Below, piece by piece: positions 24,519 to 35,570 of a stretch of DNA of 64,000 bases (position 1 is the first letter of the stretch; each line of letters begins with the position of its first letter). Below the pieces are notes generated by a model. The model was not told the origin of the DNA. It worked only from the letters and a program-made list of their open reading frames with translations, and searched no databases. The position numbers and the translations under genes are program-made. This stretch comes from Octopus vulgaris (lineage: Eukaryota): NCBI GenBank assembly GCA_951406725.2, contig OX597818.1, positions 28,024,001 through 28,088,000 on the forward strand, in the 5' to 3' direction.

Positions 24519-27202
24519 TGTTGGCATCCTTTTTGTCTCGGGAGACAATGGAGTTGCGCATAAAGTAGTCTAGTCCGGCTTTTACATTTCATGTCCTGAT
24601 ACATTTCCTGCTGTGGCTGTGTAGTCCTATCCTGGACAAACACTCCCTCTGGCAGGTACTGCAAATGTAGCGAAGACTGTTCCTGGCTGGTTGTAATGCC
24701 ATAGTTTCTTGTTGACGTCTTTTCTTGTTTTTCCATTTCTCCTCTCTCTCTCTCTGTCACTCCTTTGTATTCCCTCTTTTACAGTACGTCGCCAGTCTTC
24801 ACAGTTGCCGGCAACTGCCTCCCAACCGCTAATATTGATGTTGCAAGCCTTCATGTCCCTTTTGCAAACATCCTTGTAACGTAAGAACGGTCTACCCACA
24901 GACCTAGTACCCCTAGCAAGCTCCCCGTAGAGTATGTCCTCGGGGATTCTTCCATCTTTCATACGGCTAACATGCCCAAGCCATCTCATACGTCTTTGTG
25001 TGAGGAGTGCAAACATGCTTGGTATTCCTGCTTGCCTGAGAACATCTTTGTTGGGGATATGGTTCTGCCATTTGATGCGGAGGATTTTTCGGAGGCAGCG
25101 CAGGTGAAAGATGTTTAGGCGACGCTCTTGGCGTGTGAGCATCCAAGTCTCACTTCCATACAGTAGAGTGCAAAGTACACATGCCTGGTAGATCTTCATT
25201 TTCGTGGTCTTGGTCAGCTTATTGTTGTCCCAAGCCCGTTTGGAGAGTTGGGTCATCGCAGCAGCTGCCTTGCCAATGCGTATATTGAGCTCAGCGTCAA
25301 GGGATAGGTTGTAGGTGACGGTAGAGCCCAGATAGGTAAATTTCACCACCTCTTGTAATCTGTGGTCTCCAATATGTATGTTTGGGATGTCCGATGTAGC
25401 CTGACCCATGATGTTGGTCTTCTTAAGGCTGATAGCTAAGCCAAAGTCGTTACATGCTTGCTCAAAACAGTTAATGAGCCTTTGGAGGGCTTCCTCTGTG
25501 TGTGATACCAGAGCGGCATCATCAGCAAATAGCATCTCCTTGATCAGGACGTTTCTGATTTTGGTCTTGGCACGCAGGTGCGAGAGATTGAACAGTTTCC
25601 CGTCACTTCTACTGTGCAGAAACACTCCATCATCTGATGTCTGAAAGGCATGTGAGAGTAAGAGCGAGAAGAAGATGCCAAACAATGTAGGAGCGAGGAC
25701 ACAACCTTGCTTTACCCCATTTTTTATTTGGAAGGCGGCTGATGTTGAACCGTTGTGCTGTATGGTGCCTTGCATGTCATCATGGAAAGACTTGATGATC
25801 CTTAGCAGCTTTGGTGGACATCCGATTTTTTGGAGCAGGGTGAAGAGGCCTGTTCTGCTTACCGAGTCAAAGGCCTTTGTTAGATCAATGAAGGCCATAT
25901 ATAATGGCATTTTCTGCTCTCTGGACTTCTCCTGAAGTTGGCGTATGGAGAATATCATATCGATAGTTGATCTGCTTCTTCTAAAGCCACACTGCGATTC
26001 CGGATAGATTCGAGAAGCAAGTAGTTGTAGCCTGGCCAGGATAACGCGGGCAAAGGTCTTTCCAACAGTGCTTAGAAGAGATATTCCACGGTAACTGTTA
26101 CAATCACCACGGTCACCTTTGTTTTTGTAAAGCGTAATGATGTTAGCATCCTGCATATCCTGAGGGACTGTACCCTCTTCCCAGCACTGACACAGAAGCT
26201 CATGAAGGTGCCGAAGCAGGATGGTGTTTTTGCCGGCATAGATGCTGAGTAGATGTACTGAGCCAGAAGAAGTCGAGAGGCGCAGTGAGAGGATACGCTC
26301 AGTCCCTCCTGATGGTGGTTCTATTGAGGAGAGTAGTGAGTTTCTCACTGCAAAGCCAACGCCATGTTGACGAGGTTCTTCTGGATCGCTTCCCTGCCAA
26401 AAGAAGGTGAAATCCTGCTCTTTGAGTTTGCTGTTTGAGGGAAGTCTTGTCTCCTGTAGCCCAGCAATGCCTATGTTGAGCTTCTTTAGTTCACGGTCAA
26501 TGATGGCCGTTTTCCTTGTGTCTTCAACCCTGAGTAGATCATCAGATATTCCAGGGCACATGGTCCTGACATTCCAGCTTGCCAACCGCAGGACTGGTGT
26601 TTTCTTGACTTTTAGTTGTTTGCCTGGTGCAGAGGTTGCAGGCCGCTTTTCAAGTCATACTCTTAGCTCCAAGCACCCAATGAAGCAGGTGGCCTGTGGC
26701 GGGTCAGCACCTTATTAACCGGGGGCTGCCCAGCTTGAGGTGGGCAGTAGCTAACCAATAGGACACGGAGGTCCCTCTCACCGTCAGAGGTAACCCGTAG
26801 CGCCCATATTTTACGCCAATCTGAATGGACTTATCACTCGTGACTGTTACCTCCCGTGTTGTTTCTGCAGCTTTTTACAGCAGCACTGAAGTGTCCTCTC
26901 CAGTTTTGCGCAGGCCTGGGCTATAGATAAGAAAGTCCTGGGTAGCCCAATCGTCAGGTTTCCTCTCTCGACCTTGCTGATGTAGTCCAAAGGAGTGCAG
27001 AGCATTACGTTTGGCACCAGCTTGGTTGCAGGAGCTGCCGGAAGAGTGTCGAGTCGAACACTAGACCGCCTTCGGGGCTCCACTCCGGATTTCTTTGAAG
27101 GTTGTCTCCTTTCCGTAACCCTGGATAGGGGCCCATACCGGGTGCTGTCAGCCGGAGCCAGCTGAGCCCGGAACTCGTGTCAGGCAGGGTCGTCACTCCC
27201 TG
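24519..27202 (-). mobile_element. RTE-BovB-type LINE with both ends and an internal deletion
   Basis: GC-rich 5' UTR; 652-aa ORF; frameshifted terminal finger YICSTCQRECLSRIGLHSHSRKC; tail tccattgtctcccgagacaaaaaggatgccaac. Confidence 0.9.
24627..26585 (-). CDS. RTE ORF: N-terminal part of APE endonuclease fused in frame to reverse transcriptase
   Basis: ASWNVRT, GLQETR, GVGF, then YRGISLL, ESQCGFR, FIDLTKAFDSV, GVKQGCVLAP, LFADD, FTYLGS; GDFN and SDH endonuclease motifs absent. Confidence 0.9.
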   Translation of the reverse strand: MASWNVRTMCPGISDDLLRVEDTRKTAIIDRELKKLNIGIAGLQETRLPSNSKLKEQDFTFFWQGSDPEEPRQHGVGFAVRNSLLSSIEPPSGGTERILSLRLSTSSGSVHLLSIYAGKNTILLRHLHELLCQCWEEGTVPQDMQDANIITLYKNKGDRGDCNSYRGISLLSTVGKTFARVILARLQLLASRIYPESQCGFRRSRSTIDMIFSIRQLQEKSREQKMPLYMAFIDLTKAFDSVSRTGLFTLLQKIGCPPKLLRIIKSFHDDMQGTIQHNGSTSAAFQIKNGVKQGCVLAPTLFGIFFSLLLSHAFQTSDDGVFLHSRSDGKLFNLSHLRAKTKIRNVLIKEMLFADDAALVSHTEEALQRLINCFEQACNDFGLAISLKKTNIMGQATSDIPNIHIGDHRLQEVVKFTYLGSTVTYNLSLDAELNIRIGKAAAAMTQLSKRAWDNNKLTKTTKMKIYQACVLCTLLYGSETWMLTRQERRLNIFHLRCLRKILRIKWQNHIPNKDVLRQAGIPSMFALLTQRRMRWLGHVSRMKDGRIPEDILYGELARGTRSVGRPFLRYKDVCKRDMKACNINISGWEAVAGNCEDWRRTVKEGIQRSDRERERRNGKTRKDVNKKLWHYNQPGTVFATFAVPARGSVCPG

Positions 27203-27376
27203 AAGTAGTGAAGAAGTTCGCTACCCACTACCTTTTCAAGTAATTAGATTATTATTATATTTTTCATTCTTTTTCCTACGTTTATTTTATATGTTTATTT
27301 TCAACCACTAATATTCATCATCATCATCAGCAGCAGCAGCAGCTGTAGTAGCAGCAGCAACATCACTATATATATG

Positions 27377-27410
<34 letters not shown>

Positions 27411-27785
27411 CTCAGTATATTATTGAACTTACTAAACACAGTTCAGCAAATTTATTCATATTTATGTAATGGAGGAGATTATATTTTAAAATGGATTATA
27501 GTCTTTTATTATTCATGTTGGTATACAATTTGCTTCATACAAAAAGATTCATATATTAATGATAGAAAATCGGAATTGTCAAATTTATACTCGTCAGTAG
27601 CTTGGTTAACAACTGAAAAAGACATTAGAAGTACATGGATTTTCTTTTAGTAATCATGTTGTAATGTGTTTGTTCTTGGAGTCATGCCTATTTTAAAAAA
27701 GATTAAAAAATATAAATTGGGTGCTAATATATATATAATATTAAAAGACTGACATTCTCTCTCTCTCTCTCTCTCTCTCTGTCTA

Positions 27786-28270
<485 letters not shown>

Positions 28271-28858
28271 TTTAAAAATGTAAAAGTATATGTATACTAT
28301 TCTTAAGATTATAAACCTAGAAAAGCTCAGGACAAGTTATTACTTCTATTAAAAGTAAAAAATAACCCAAAATATTTTTTGCATTTAAAAAAAAAATCCA
28401 TTTTTTAATTATTAATTAATAATTAGAAATTTGAAAAACGGTTATAAAAAAATAATAGTAGTACATAATTAGTACAATAAATAAAATTAATACAAAAATT
28501 AGTTATATACTACGATAAAATCTACCTATAACAACAAATTCACAGTAAAATTTGCTTGAGTTATTGCCAAGTCTTCACAGTTTTAGTCTTGACCCAATGC
28601 CTAAATTTTTACAATGAATTTGCCTACCATATATACTATTCTACTTTGCATAAAACTTTAGCTACATTGGTACTTCTGGCTCTCATTTTTTTTAATATTC
28701 CAGTGTATCAATATTTTAACAAAATGATTGTACCTTTTTTTAATTATAATGTTACTTTGTAAATTAAAATCAAATAACTTTTAATATTCAAATTTTATCC
28801 TTAGCTGCAATATTTTAAGTAAAAATTTTCTTGTTCTGTACTTGTCTTGAACTTGCCT

Positions 28859-30920
28859 GTTCACTTACGGAAACCTTGTTACGACTTCTACTTCGTCTAA
28901 GCAATCAGGTTCGGTTATCTTCTTCGGTCCATCAGAGAACGAGGACCTCACTGGACCGTTCGATCAGTAGTAGCGATGGGCGGTGCTTACAAAGGGCAGG
29001 GAATGATCACGTGGGCTGGTGACCCGCGCCTACTGGGAATTCCTTGTTCACAGAGTTGGTCCTAGTCCCCGATCCCTATCGCTGAAGGTGGTTCAGAGGT
29101 TTCCCGACCCTCTTGCGCCGGAGGGAGATGCGCCCTCTGATACTTCCAGTATAGCGCGTACAGCCCTGGACAAGTAAGGGCATCGCAGACCTTTTATCTC
29201 TCCTCCTCGTGCAGCTTTCTACCACCCGTCTCTCTAAGAAGAGCTGCGTTCACCAGCCAACTGGCCCGGACTTGATGGCGTGCCGTCGCCGAATCCCGCG
29301 GGTCGAGCCGACCGAGTCACCGCCGCCACTCCGCAACTGACGCCACAATCACACCGCAACCGACCCGCGAAAGGTGACGGGTGCATCCGCAGCGACGTAT
29401 GCGAAGGAGAGCAGCAGCAACAGCATGTGCAGGCCGCGCGTGGAGCTACCGAGGACGGCTTCGGTGCCACCACGCTGCTGGAAAAGCACTAATAGACGCG
29501 CTAGTTAGCAGGCCGGAATCTTGTTCATTATCAGAATCAACCAGACAGATCGCTCCACCAACTAAGAGCTATCGATCAGTCAATCCTACCGGTGTCCGGA
29601 CCTAGGGATTTTTGCCTTGTTGAGTCAAAATAAGCCGCAAGCTCCACTCCAGATGGTGTCTTTCCGTCAGTTCCTTTAAGTTTCTGTTTTGCAGCTATAT
29701 TTCCCCCGGAACCGACTATGGTTTTCCGCGCAGGCACTCCGCCAGGTCGTCGAAAGGAATGTCGGTGGAGCGCCAGTCGGCATCGTTTTCGGTCGGAACT
29801 ACGACGGTATCTGATTGTCTTCGAACCTCCGACTTTTGCTCTTGATCGAGGAAAATGTGCTTGTCACACGCTTTCGCTGCAGTGCGTCTTGTAACGATCC
29901 AAGAATTTCACCTCTAACGTCGCAATACAAGTGGCCCCAATCGCTCCCTTCGATCATCACCTCGTCGTGAACAGAGACCGTCGGCTGATGCGCGGGCGAG
30001 GCCATTTTCCATCATACCATGCTTTTCGTATGCAAGCTGGCAGGGCTCGCTTTGAGCACTCTAAGTTTTTCACAGTGAACGTATTGGCTGCCTCCGACAC
30101 TCTGCAAAAAGCACCCTCGGAGGTACTGTGCGGGGGCGAAACGACCGGGAGGTGGACGCGCTACCGCAACGCGAACAACAATGCCTGTCTCATGGTCCCT
30201 GCACCAGCCCACGCGACGCCGCCGGAGTGTAAAACTGGACAGGCGAAGACAGAGCAGGTTGCCGACGCGTCGGTGATGCACACAGAACTCCGTGGGCCGA
30301 CCGCGCATGCACTGGTGATTAGGGCCGGGCGTGCGAACGGATGACCGAAGAGGATGCGCGCAAGGTGTGCCCGCAACAGCGCCGTCGCCCCGAATGTGCT
30401 AGGGCACGTTTTCGAGACCCGAATTCCGACTATGAACTTTTTTTCAAAGGCAACAATTTTAACATACGCTACCGGAGCTGGAATTACTAAAACTGTTGGC
30501 ACCAGACTTGCCTCTAGTTGAGCCTCGTTAACGGCTTTGAAGTGCACACATTCTGATCCCGGGACCTCGACAGAGCGCCGCGACATTATTTTTCGTCACT
30601 ACTCCCTGTGCTGGGTGTATGTATTTTGCACGACTGCTACCTTCTTTGGATGTGGTAGCTGTTTCACATGCTCCCTTTCCGGAATTGAAACCTGATTCCC
30701 CGTTACCTGTTTCCACGACAGTCGGCACTTACCGAGCCGTCACATTTGATAGGAGGAACCCGTTGCGCGAAAGCTACTCGATACTGGCCCGTGCGATCGT
30801 ACATACAGTTATCCAGAGTTACCAAAATCAAAGGACGTGAAGCCGCCGAACGCTGCGACCCGCATGCAGAACGCGGTGGCTGCTGCGACAGCCCATACAC
30901 ATCGGTTTCAGTCTAATATT
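28859..30920 (-). pseudogene. 18S rRNA: 18S rRNA pseudogene lacking the 5' ~200 nt and the extreme 3' end; large GC-rich V4/V7-region expansions
   Basis: Reverse complements of conserved motifs: acggaaaccttgttacgactt, acaaagggcaggga, ttcctttaagtttc, gatccaagaatttcacctct, ctgattccccgttacc; lesions in invariant sites (ggaattactaaaactgttggcacc for ggaattaccgcggctgctggcacc; ~35-nt deletion at ~29565). Confidence 0.92.
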
Positions 30921-30924
30921 TGTG

Positions 30925-32042
30925 TCGCGACCAATGCGGAAGGTGGCGGAGACGGTCGCGGATGTAAGGCGCGCTGGAGAAGGCGTGCAATCGGTCCCGG
31001 GACGTGCACGAGTGAGCGGAAGAAGGCGAGCTATCTACCGACGACGAGGTCAGATGCATGTAGGCTGCAGTATCCGCTGGGCGCTGGGCGGCCTCCGCCA
31101 AGCGCGGTCCATAGCGTAACAGAAACTTAGTCGACCGGCTCGTACTCCTTATAATTGTCCGGACTCCCTCGGGGTGCGACGGCCACCTAGAGTGTGGATT
31201 TCCGCCGCTGGTTTCTCGACGTTTACCGGACCGACCATGTTGCAGTATCGACTACGGCGTCACCTTTCGGCCAGCACCTGACGCCAGGCTAGCAGAATCG
31301 GCCGTGGTCGCGTCCACGCAGACGCGGACGTTCATGCAGGAGGATATAACGCCTGCCGCCGGGCATCGTCAGCAGAGCGTCGAGGAGTGGTCGGAAGGTG
31401 GCGGAGACGGCCGTGGAAGGAAGGCGCGCCGGAGACGGAGCACAGTCGAGTAAGGGCGGACCGGGACGGACACAAGAGAGCAGAGGAAGGCGAACTATCG
31501 GCTGATAACAATCACAGACGCGTGAAGGCAGCCTCCGCCAACTGCGGTCGGCGGCTGTAGAAGGAAAGCAGACCGGAGACGGAGCCTGTTCGCGTGCACG
31601 TGAACCGGGACGCAAGCTATCGGTCGATGACGAGCGCGGATGTTTGTAGGAGTCGGTGACCGCCGACAGGCTCGTACCCGCTATAGTAGTGTGGATTCCC
31701 TTGGAGAGCTACAGTCACCAAAATCGTGGCTTGTCCCTGTCGACTTCTTGGCATTTGCCGGATGCACCGAGTTGCGGTATCGACCACACCCTCGAGTGCG
31801 GCCGGCAACACCCACTAGGCTGGCAGCATCATCGCGATCGCGTTCACCCCGTTTAATCGCACCTCGTCCCAGCGCACACACACTCTTGCTCAATACCGCC
31901 CACTGACGACAGCGATGACCTTTCCACACGCAATATCGACCGTGCGCACCGCGTGCAGTCGGTGGCGGCTTTGCCGCGTTGCGGCAGAAGACTATGGCGA
32001 CAACGACGAGGACAACGACGACCACTCAGGGCGCATAACACA
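30925..32042 (-). repeat. GC-rich rDNA spacer-like (IGS/ETS) sequence with diverged subrepeats
   Basis: ggaaggtggcggagacgg at ~30938 and ~31393; ggctcgtac at ~31137 and ~31669; gttgcRgtatcgac at ~31239 and ~31771; lies directly upstream of the 18S. Confidence 0.6.
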
Positions 32043-33721
32043 TTTTTTGCTTAATTTTTTGTAGTATCACTTTTTAGAGTCCATTTTTGAATAAATTATT
32101 TTAATAACAAGATTGTTAAATAAATTTTTTTAATTTATATAATTTGTCTCTATACTGAATCATGTACTAGGGTTGTTCAGAAAAGGCAATTGCCAAAAAT
32201 TCAAATATTTTAACAGTCAATTTTCTCTAATGCATCCAGTGCTTTGCTCGCAGACGCGCATCAAGCACCAACAGGGAGATCGTACACCTCCACTGGCCGA
32301 TCAAACTCTTCCATCAGAAGAGAAATGAGCGACTGGTACTTGCATACTTTCTCTAGAGCGTTCTCGAAAAGAACGGTCATATCAACGACTACCAATTCTC
32401 AGGACTGCTAAGGACAAGTTTTCCTTGTACCGTGTGATCCTGCATGTATTAGCTGTGATAGGATGCCGGTGGCGTACGTGCAGCAACCTACCAACAGCCG
32501 TCAAAAAAGAACAGCTACAGTGATCGCACTGGAAGGGAAGCTGAACAGAGTTGGATGCATTAGAAACCAACGCACCACTACATTTACTAGCGTGGCATCT
32601 CATAGAGTGGGGATGCTTGCTCTCCCTATCGCATTTCTCGCACTTGTATACCGGCTTTATGCCATGTGTATACTCCACATGTTCCCCCCATCGTCGAGGA
32701 GAAGAGAAGAATCAAGGACATAGCGAACAGAGTATAGAGTTCGATGTGCAGGGAATCATAAGAGCATATTCATCACATGTGCAGGGAATCATAAGAGCAT
32801 ATTCAATCTAGCACGAACTCGTCTGGTCTACATCGTGAATATGTCAGTGTCGAGCGCATCACTCGACCACCGACATTGTCAGTCCTAACCAAAGTGGTAT
32901 CACAATTCGTACCGCGGGGTGGATATAATCCGTTATCCACCCCAGTTGGCCCGACATAGATGGGCCACATGCAGGGCCTGATCTGCAGGCCCTGTCCCTT
33001 ACCCATAGTCCACCGGTTTATCGGCGCCTGGCTGCCATATGTTTATCTGCTTTACGTTATTATTCATGTTATTGCGCAGCAATTTCCTCGAGAGACAGGG
33101 ATTACCAATTGAAGAATAACCTAAAGAGCAGCATGGGATCCACCACACCAAAGAAGGTAGAGATATCGCCAAACTACCACCTAAAATCTCTCCAACCAAA
33201 CTAGCTACACCCCATGGAACAAGCTGCGGTTAATCACCGGGCCCGATTGCTGTCCACCGGTTCCTGTCAAGGAACCACCTGTACAGCCAAAGAATCGCCC
33301 AACAAATGACCCTAACCCCAAACAATAAAGAGTCCCCCCCAACTATGCTGCAAGAAGTTGTAAGCCAGAGTTTGCCATTGGTCAGTTGGGAACCACTGCA
33401 GTATTGTGCCAAAAGAGCGCAGCCTATCTAGAAGGGCCGATTATTAACTAGCTGACATGGGACTCGTGTCGGTAAGTCCAGCGGTATCCTACCTAGTCCT
33501 AACGGGAAGCCCCCCCCATCTCCTAATCAAAATCACCAATATCTCTATAAGGTCTTCCCACAACTGTGACAAAGCTTTGGGTGAAATGGAAAATATTTAG
33601 CTTGTCCAAAGTGAGAGGGCCAATCCACCATGATTCATCTACCAGTATAGTCCCACCCACAGACGTAAGCTCTCTTACCGCGTCAAGCCATTGACCAGTG
33701 GCAGACTCCGGTTTACAACTT
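32043..33721 (-). mobile_element. R2: Internally deleted R2-type retrotransposon (three-finger R2-A architecture)
   Basis: CSLC-x12-HVEYTH, CEKC-x12-HASKC, CDHC-x12-HVRHRH (CCHH/CCHC/CCHH); then RLE-like ELVVVDMTVLFE..KY.SL..VEVYDLPVGA in another frame; AT-rich 3' UTR with A-rich end; abuts 28S sequence near the R2 site. Confidence 0.8.
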
Positions 33722-33864
33722 CGCGCGCTTGGTTGAATTTTTTTACTTTGACATTCAGAGCACTGGGCAGAAATCTCGTCGTGTCTGTGCGGCTTGGCCA
33801 GCTACGTGATATTCTATTTAAGTTAGACAGTCAGATTCCACCGGTCCGTACAAGTTCCAAGTCG
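33722..33864 (-). pseudogene. 28S rRNA: 28S rRNA fragment (conserved core just upstream of the R2 target site)
   Basis: cgcgcttggttgaattt..actttgacattcagagcactgggcagaaatc..ttagacagtcagattcc..ggtccgtacaagtt. Confidence 0.9.
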
Positions 33865-35108
33865 ACCCCGTTTACCCTCACCTCATCCCAGCGTATAGTA
33901 CATGGATACACTGACTCATGCTTGATACCACCCACTTATGACGACGACGACGACATTTCCACATGCGACATCGACCACGAGCACGGATGTTGCCGGTGGC
34001 GGCTTCCTTACGCAGCAGAAGACGACAACAACAACGATCACTCGGGGTGCATAACACACGGACACACACTCACAGTCGATATTGCGACGACCTTTGCACA
34101 CGGGTGAGTGCGGCGGCTTCGACGGAAGGAGACATGACGGTAGCATCAACTACGACCGCATTTCTTGCACAGATAACAGTTTGCTTTCATCTCTCTCTCT
34201 CCTTAACGCTGTTCGACTTTACTGCGGCCGTTTACACGCTGAGACGAATCGCCACCCACTTGTGCAATGCAAGCCGTGTCGCCGGTACGAAGTGACGCGG
34301 CCGAAGGTGCCTGTCCTCAAACATCGCCGCCACACCAAGAGGCCAGTCGCGTTGCGTAGACAGCCACTCCTTTTCTCCATCTCTTGTCATTTTCCTTCGC
34401 TGCGCTGCTGGCTCGCCGCCACAAGCAAATTACTTTTACTGCGCTAGTTCCCCGTTGCCGCTCGATATGGTGCTCCCTTTCTTTTTCTCGCTCGTCTTCT
34501 TCATGCATCTCTTTGTTCGCTTCCGTCTCCGTCTCTGCCATGCACCCGGCAGGGCCCCTGACAGCTCCTCCCACTGCAGCCACCGCCAACTCCTTCGTTT
34601 CTTGTCCGTGACACTTGTTTGCTTCGTTTCCGTGCGGGGCCGCCTCGAAAGGTCGGATCATGTCATTCGCAAGAAGCGACTCAATAGATCGCAGTGTGGT
34701 AGCTGCTCTACTAAGCATGTCACTCCGAAGTCTTATGCAAGCGATCCTTTTCGTCTTGATCCCTTTGAACAAGTCGGACGGGACGTCGACGACGACGACG
34801 GTGAGGCTGCTGCCGCAAAACTCGCAGAATGGCAATCCCCGCCGGCGACGCTGCCTCTCGTCGCACAAACGTGACGTGCAGACGGTAAACTCTGAGCTAA
34901 GGCATGCACCTTGAGGTTGAGATGCATTTGAAAAACAACTCGGACCCGGCTGCAGTTGCGGCTCAGAGGTGTTCAACCATTATCGCTCAGGGGCAGGCTG
35001 ATGCTACCGCTCTATCGAGCGAGCGCGCAAACCGTTGCTCTGATCCCGCAGTTCCTCTTGTACTGGACGGGATAGCTGTAGCCAAGTTGACGTTGCTGGC
35101 ACCCGCCT
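33865..35108 (-). other. GC-rich unassigned segment, probably rDNA spacer; first ~195 bp duplicated at 31846-32042
   Basis: Same CpG-rich composition as the island; no conserved 28S motifs recognised; contains a 219-codon ATG-less frame (34317-34976). Confidence 0.45.
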
Positions 35109-35570
35109 AAGCTTTTGAACTAAGATTTATTGCCAATTCTTCAACTGATAATGCAGGATTTTCTTCAAGTAATACCTCAAGGAGCTTATCATCAAACTCA
35201 ACTGGACGTCCTGTTCGATCCTCATCTTCAAGGCTGAAATCTCCACTTCTGAATTTTGCAAATCATCTTCTACAAGTTCTTTATTTCAAGCATTCTTTCC
35301 CATAAACTGAGTGTATGTTTCAAGTCGCTTCGGCTACAGATTTTCCTTTTTTGTACTCATAAAGCATTATGTGCCTCAAATGCTCTTTGGATACTTCCAT
35401 GTTAGAAAGGGTTTTAATCAAAGAAATTTCATTTCTATTATTCTGTAAAATGATATTTGATTAGTTTAAATGCATAAAAAAAAATTCCATTAAACATTCT
35501 AAAATACTATTAAATTTCATTCAATTTTAAAAAAGGTAAAATCGGACAGAACTTATTGGATGACCTGATT
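35109..35570 (-). mobile_element. Mariner (Mos1-like) 5' half, truncated at the rDNA island
   Basis: TIR-like tcaggtcatccaataagttctgtccg; MEVSKEHLRHIMLYEYKKG..KFRSGDFSLEDEDRTGRPVEFD. Confidence 0.85.

Noticed and set aside
27491-27560. MDYSLLLFMLVYNLL as signal-peptide exon for the Ig exon
   Set aside because: No phase-1 GT donor in a suitable position; the frame ends in a stop
28859-30920. Functional 18S rRNA gene
   Set aside because: Both ends missing; substitutions and a deletion in universally conserved helices
29234-32041. Numerous 60-140-aa ORFs over the 18S and spacer
   Set aside because: Chance frames in GC-rich rDNA-derived sequence with no domain motifs
28859-35108. GC-rich island as bacterial contamination or horizontal transfer
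   Set aside because: Contains eukaryotic 18S/28S motifs and an R2-type element
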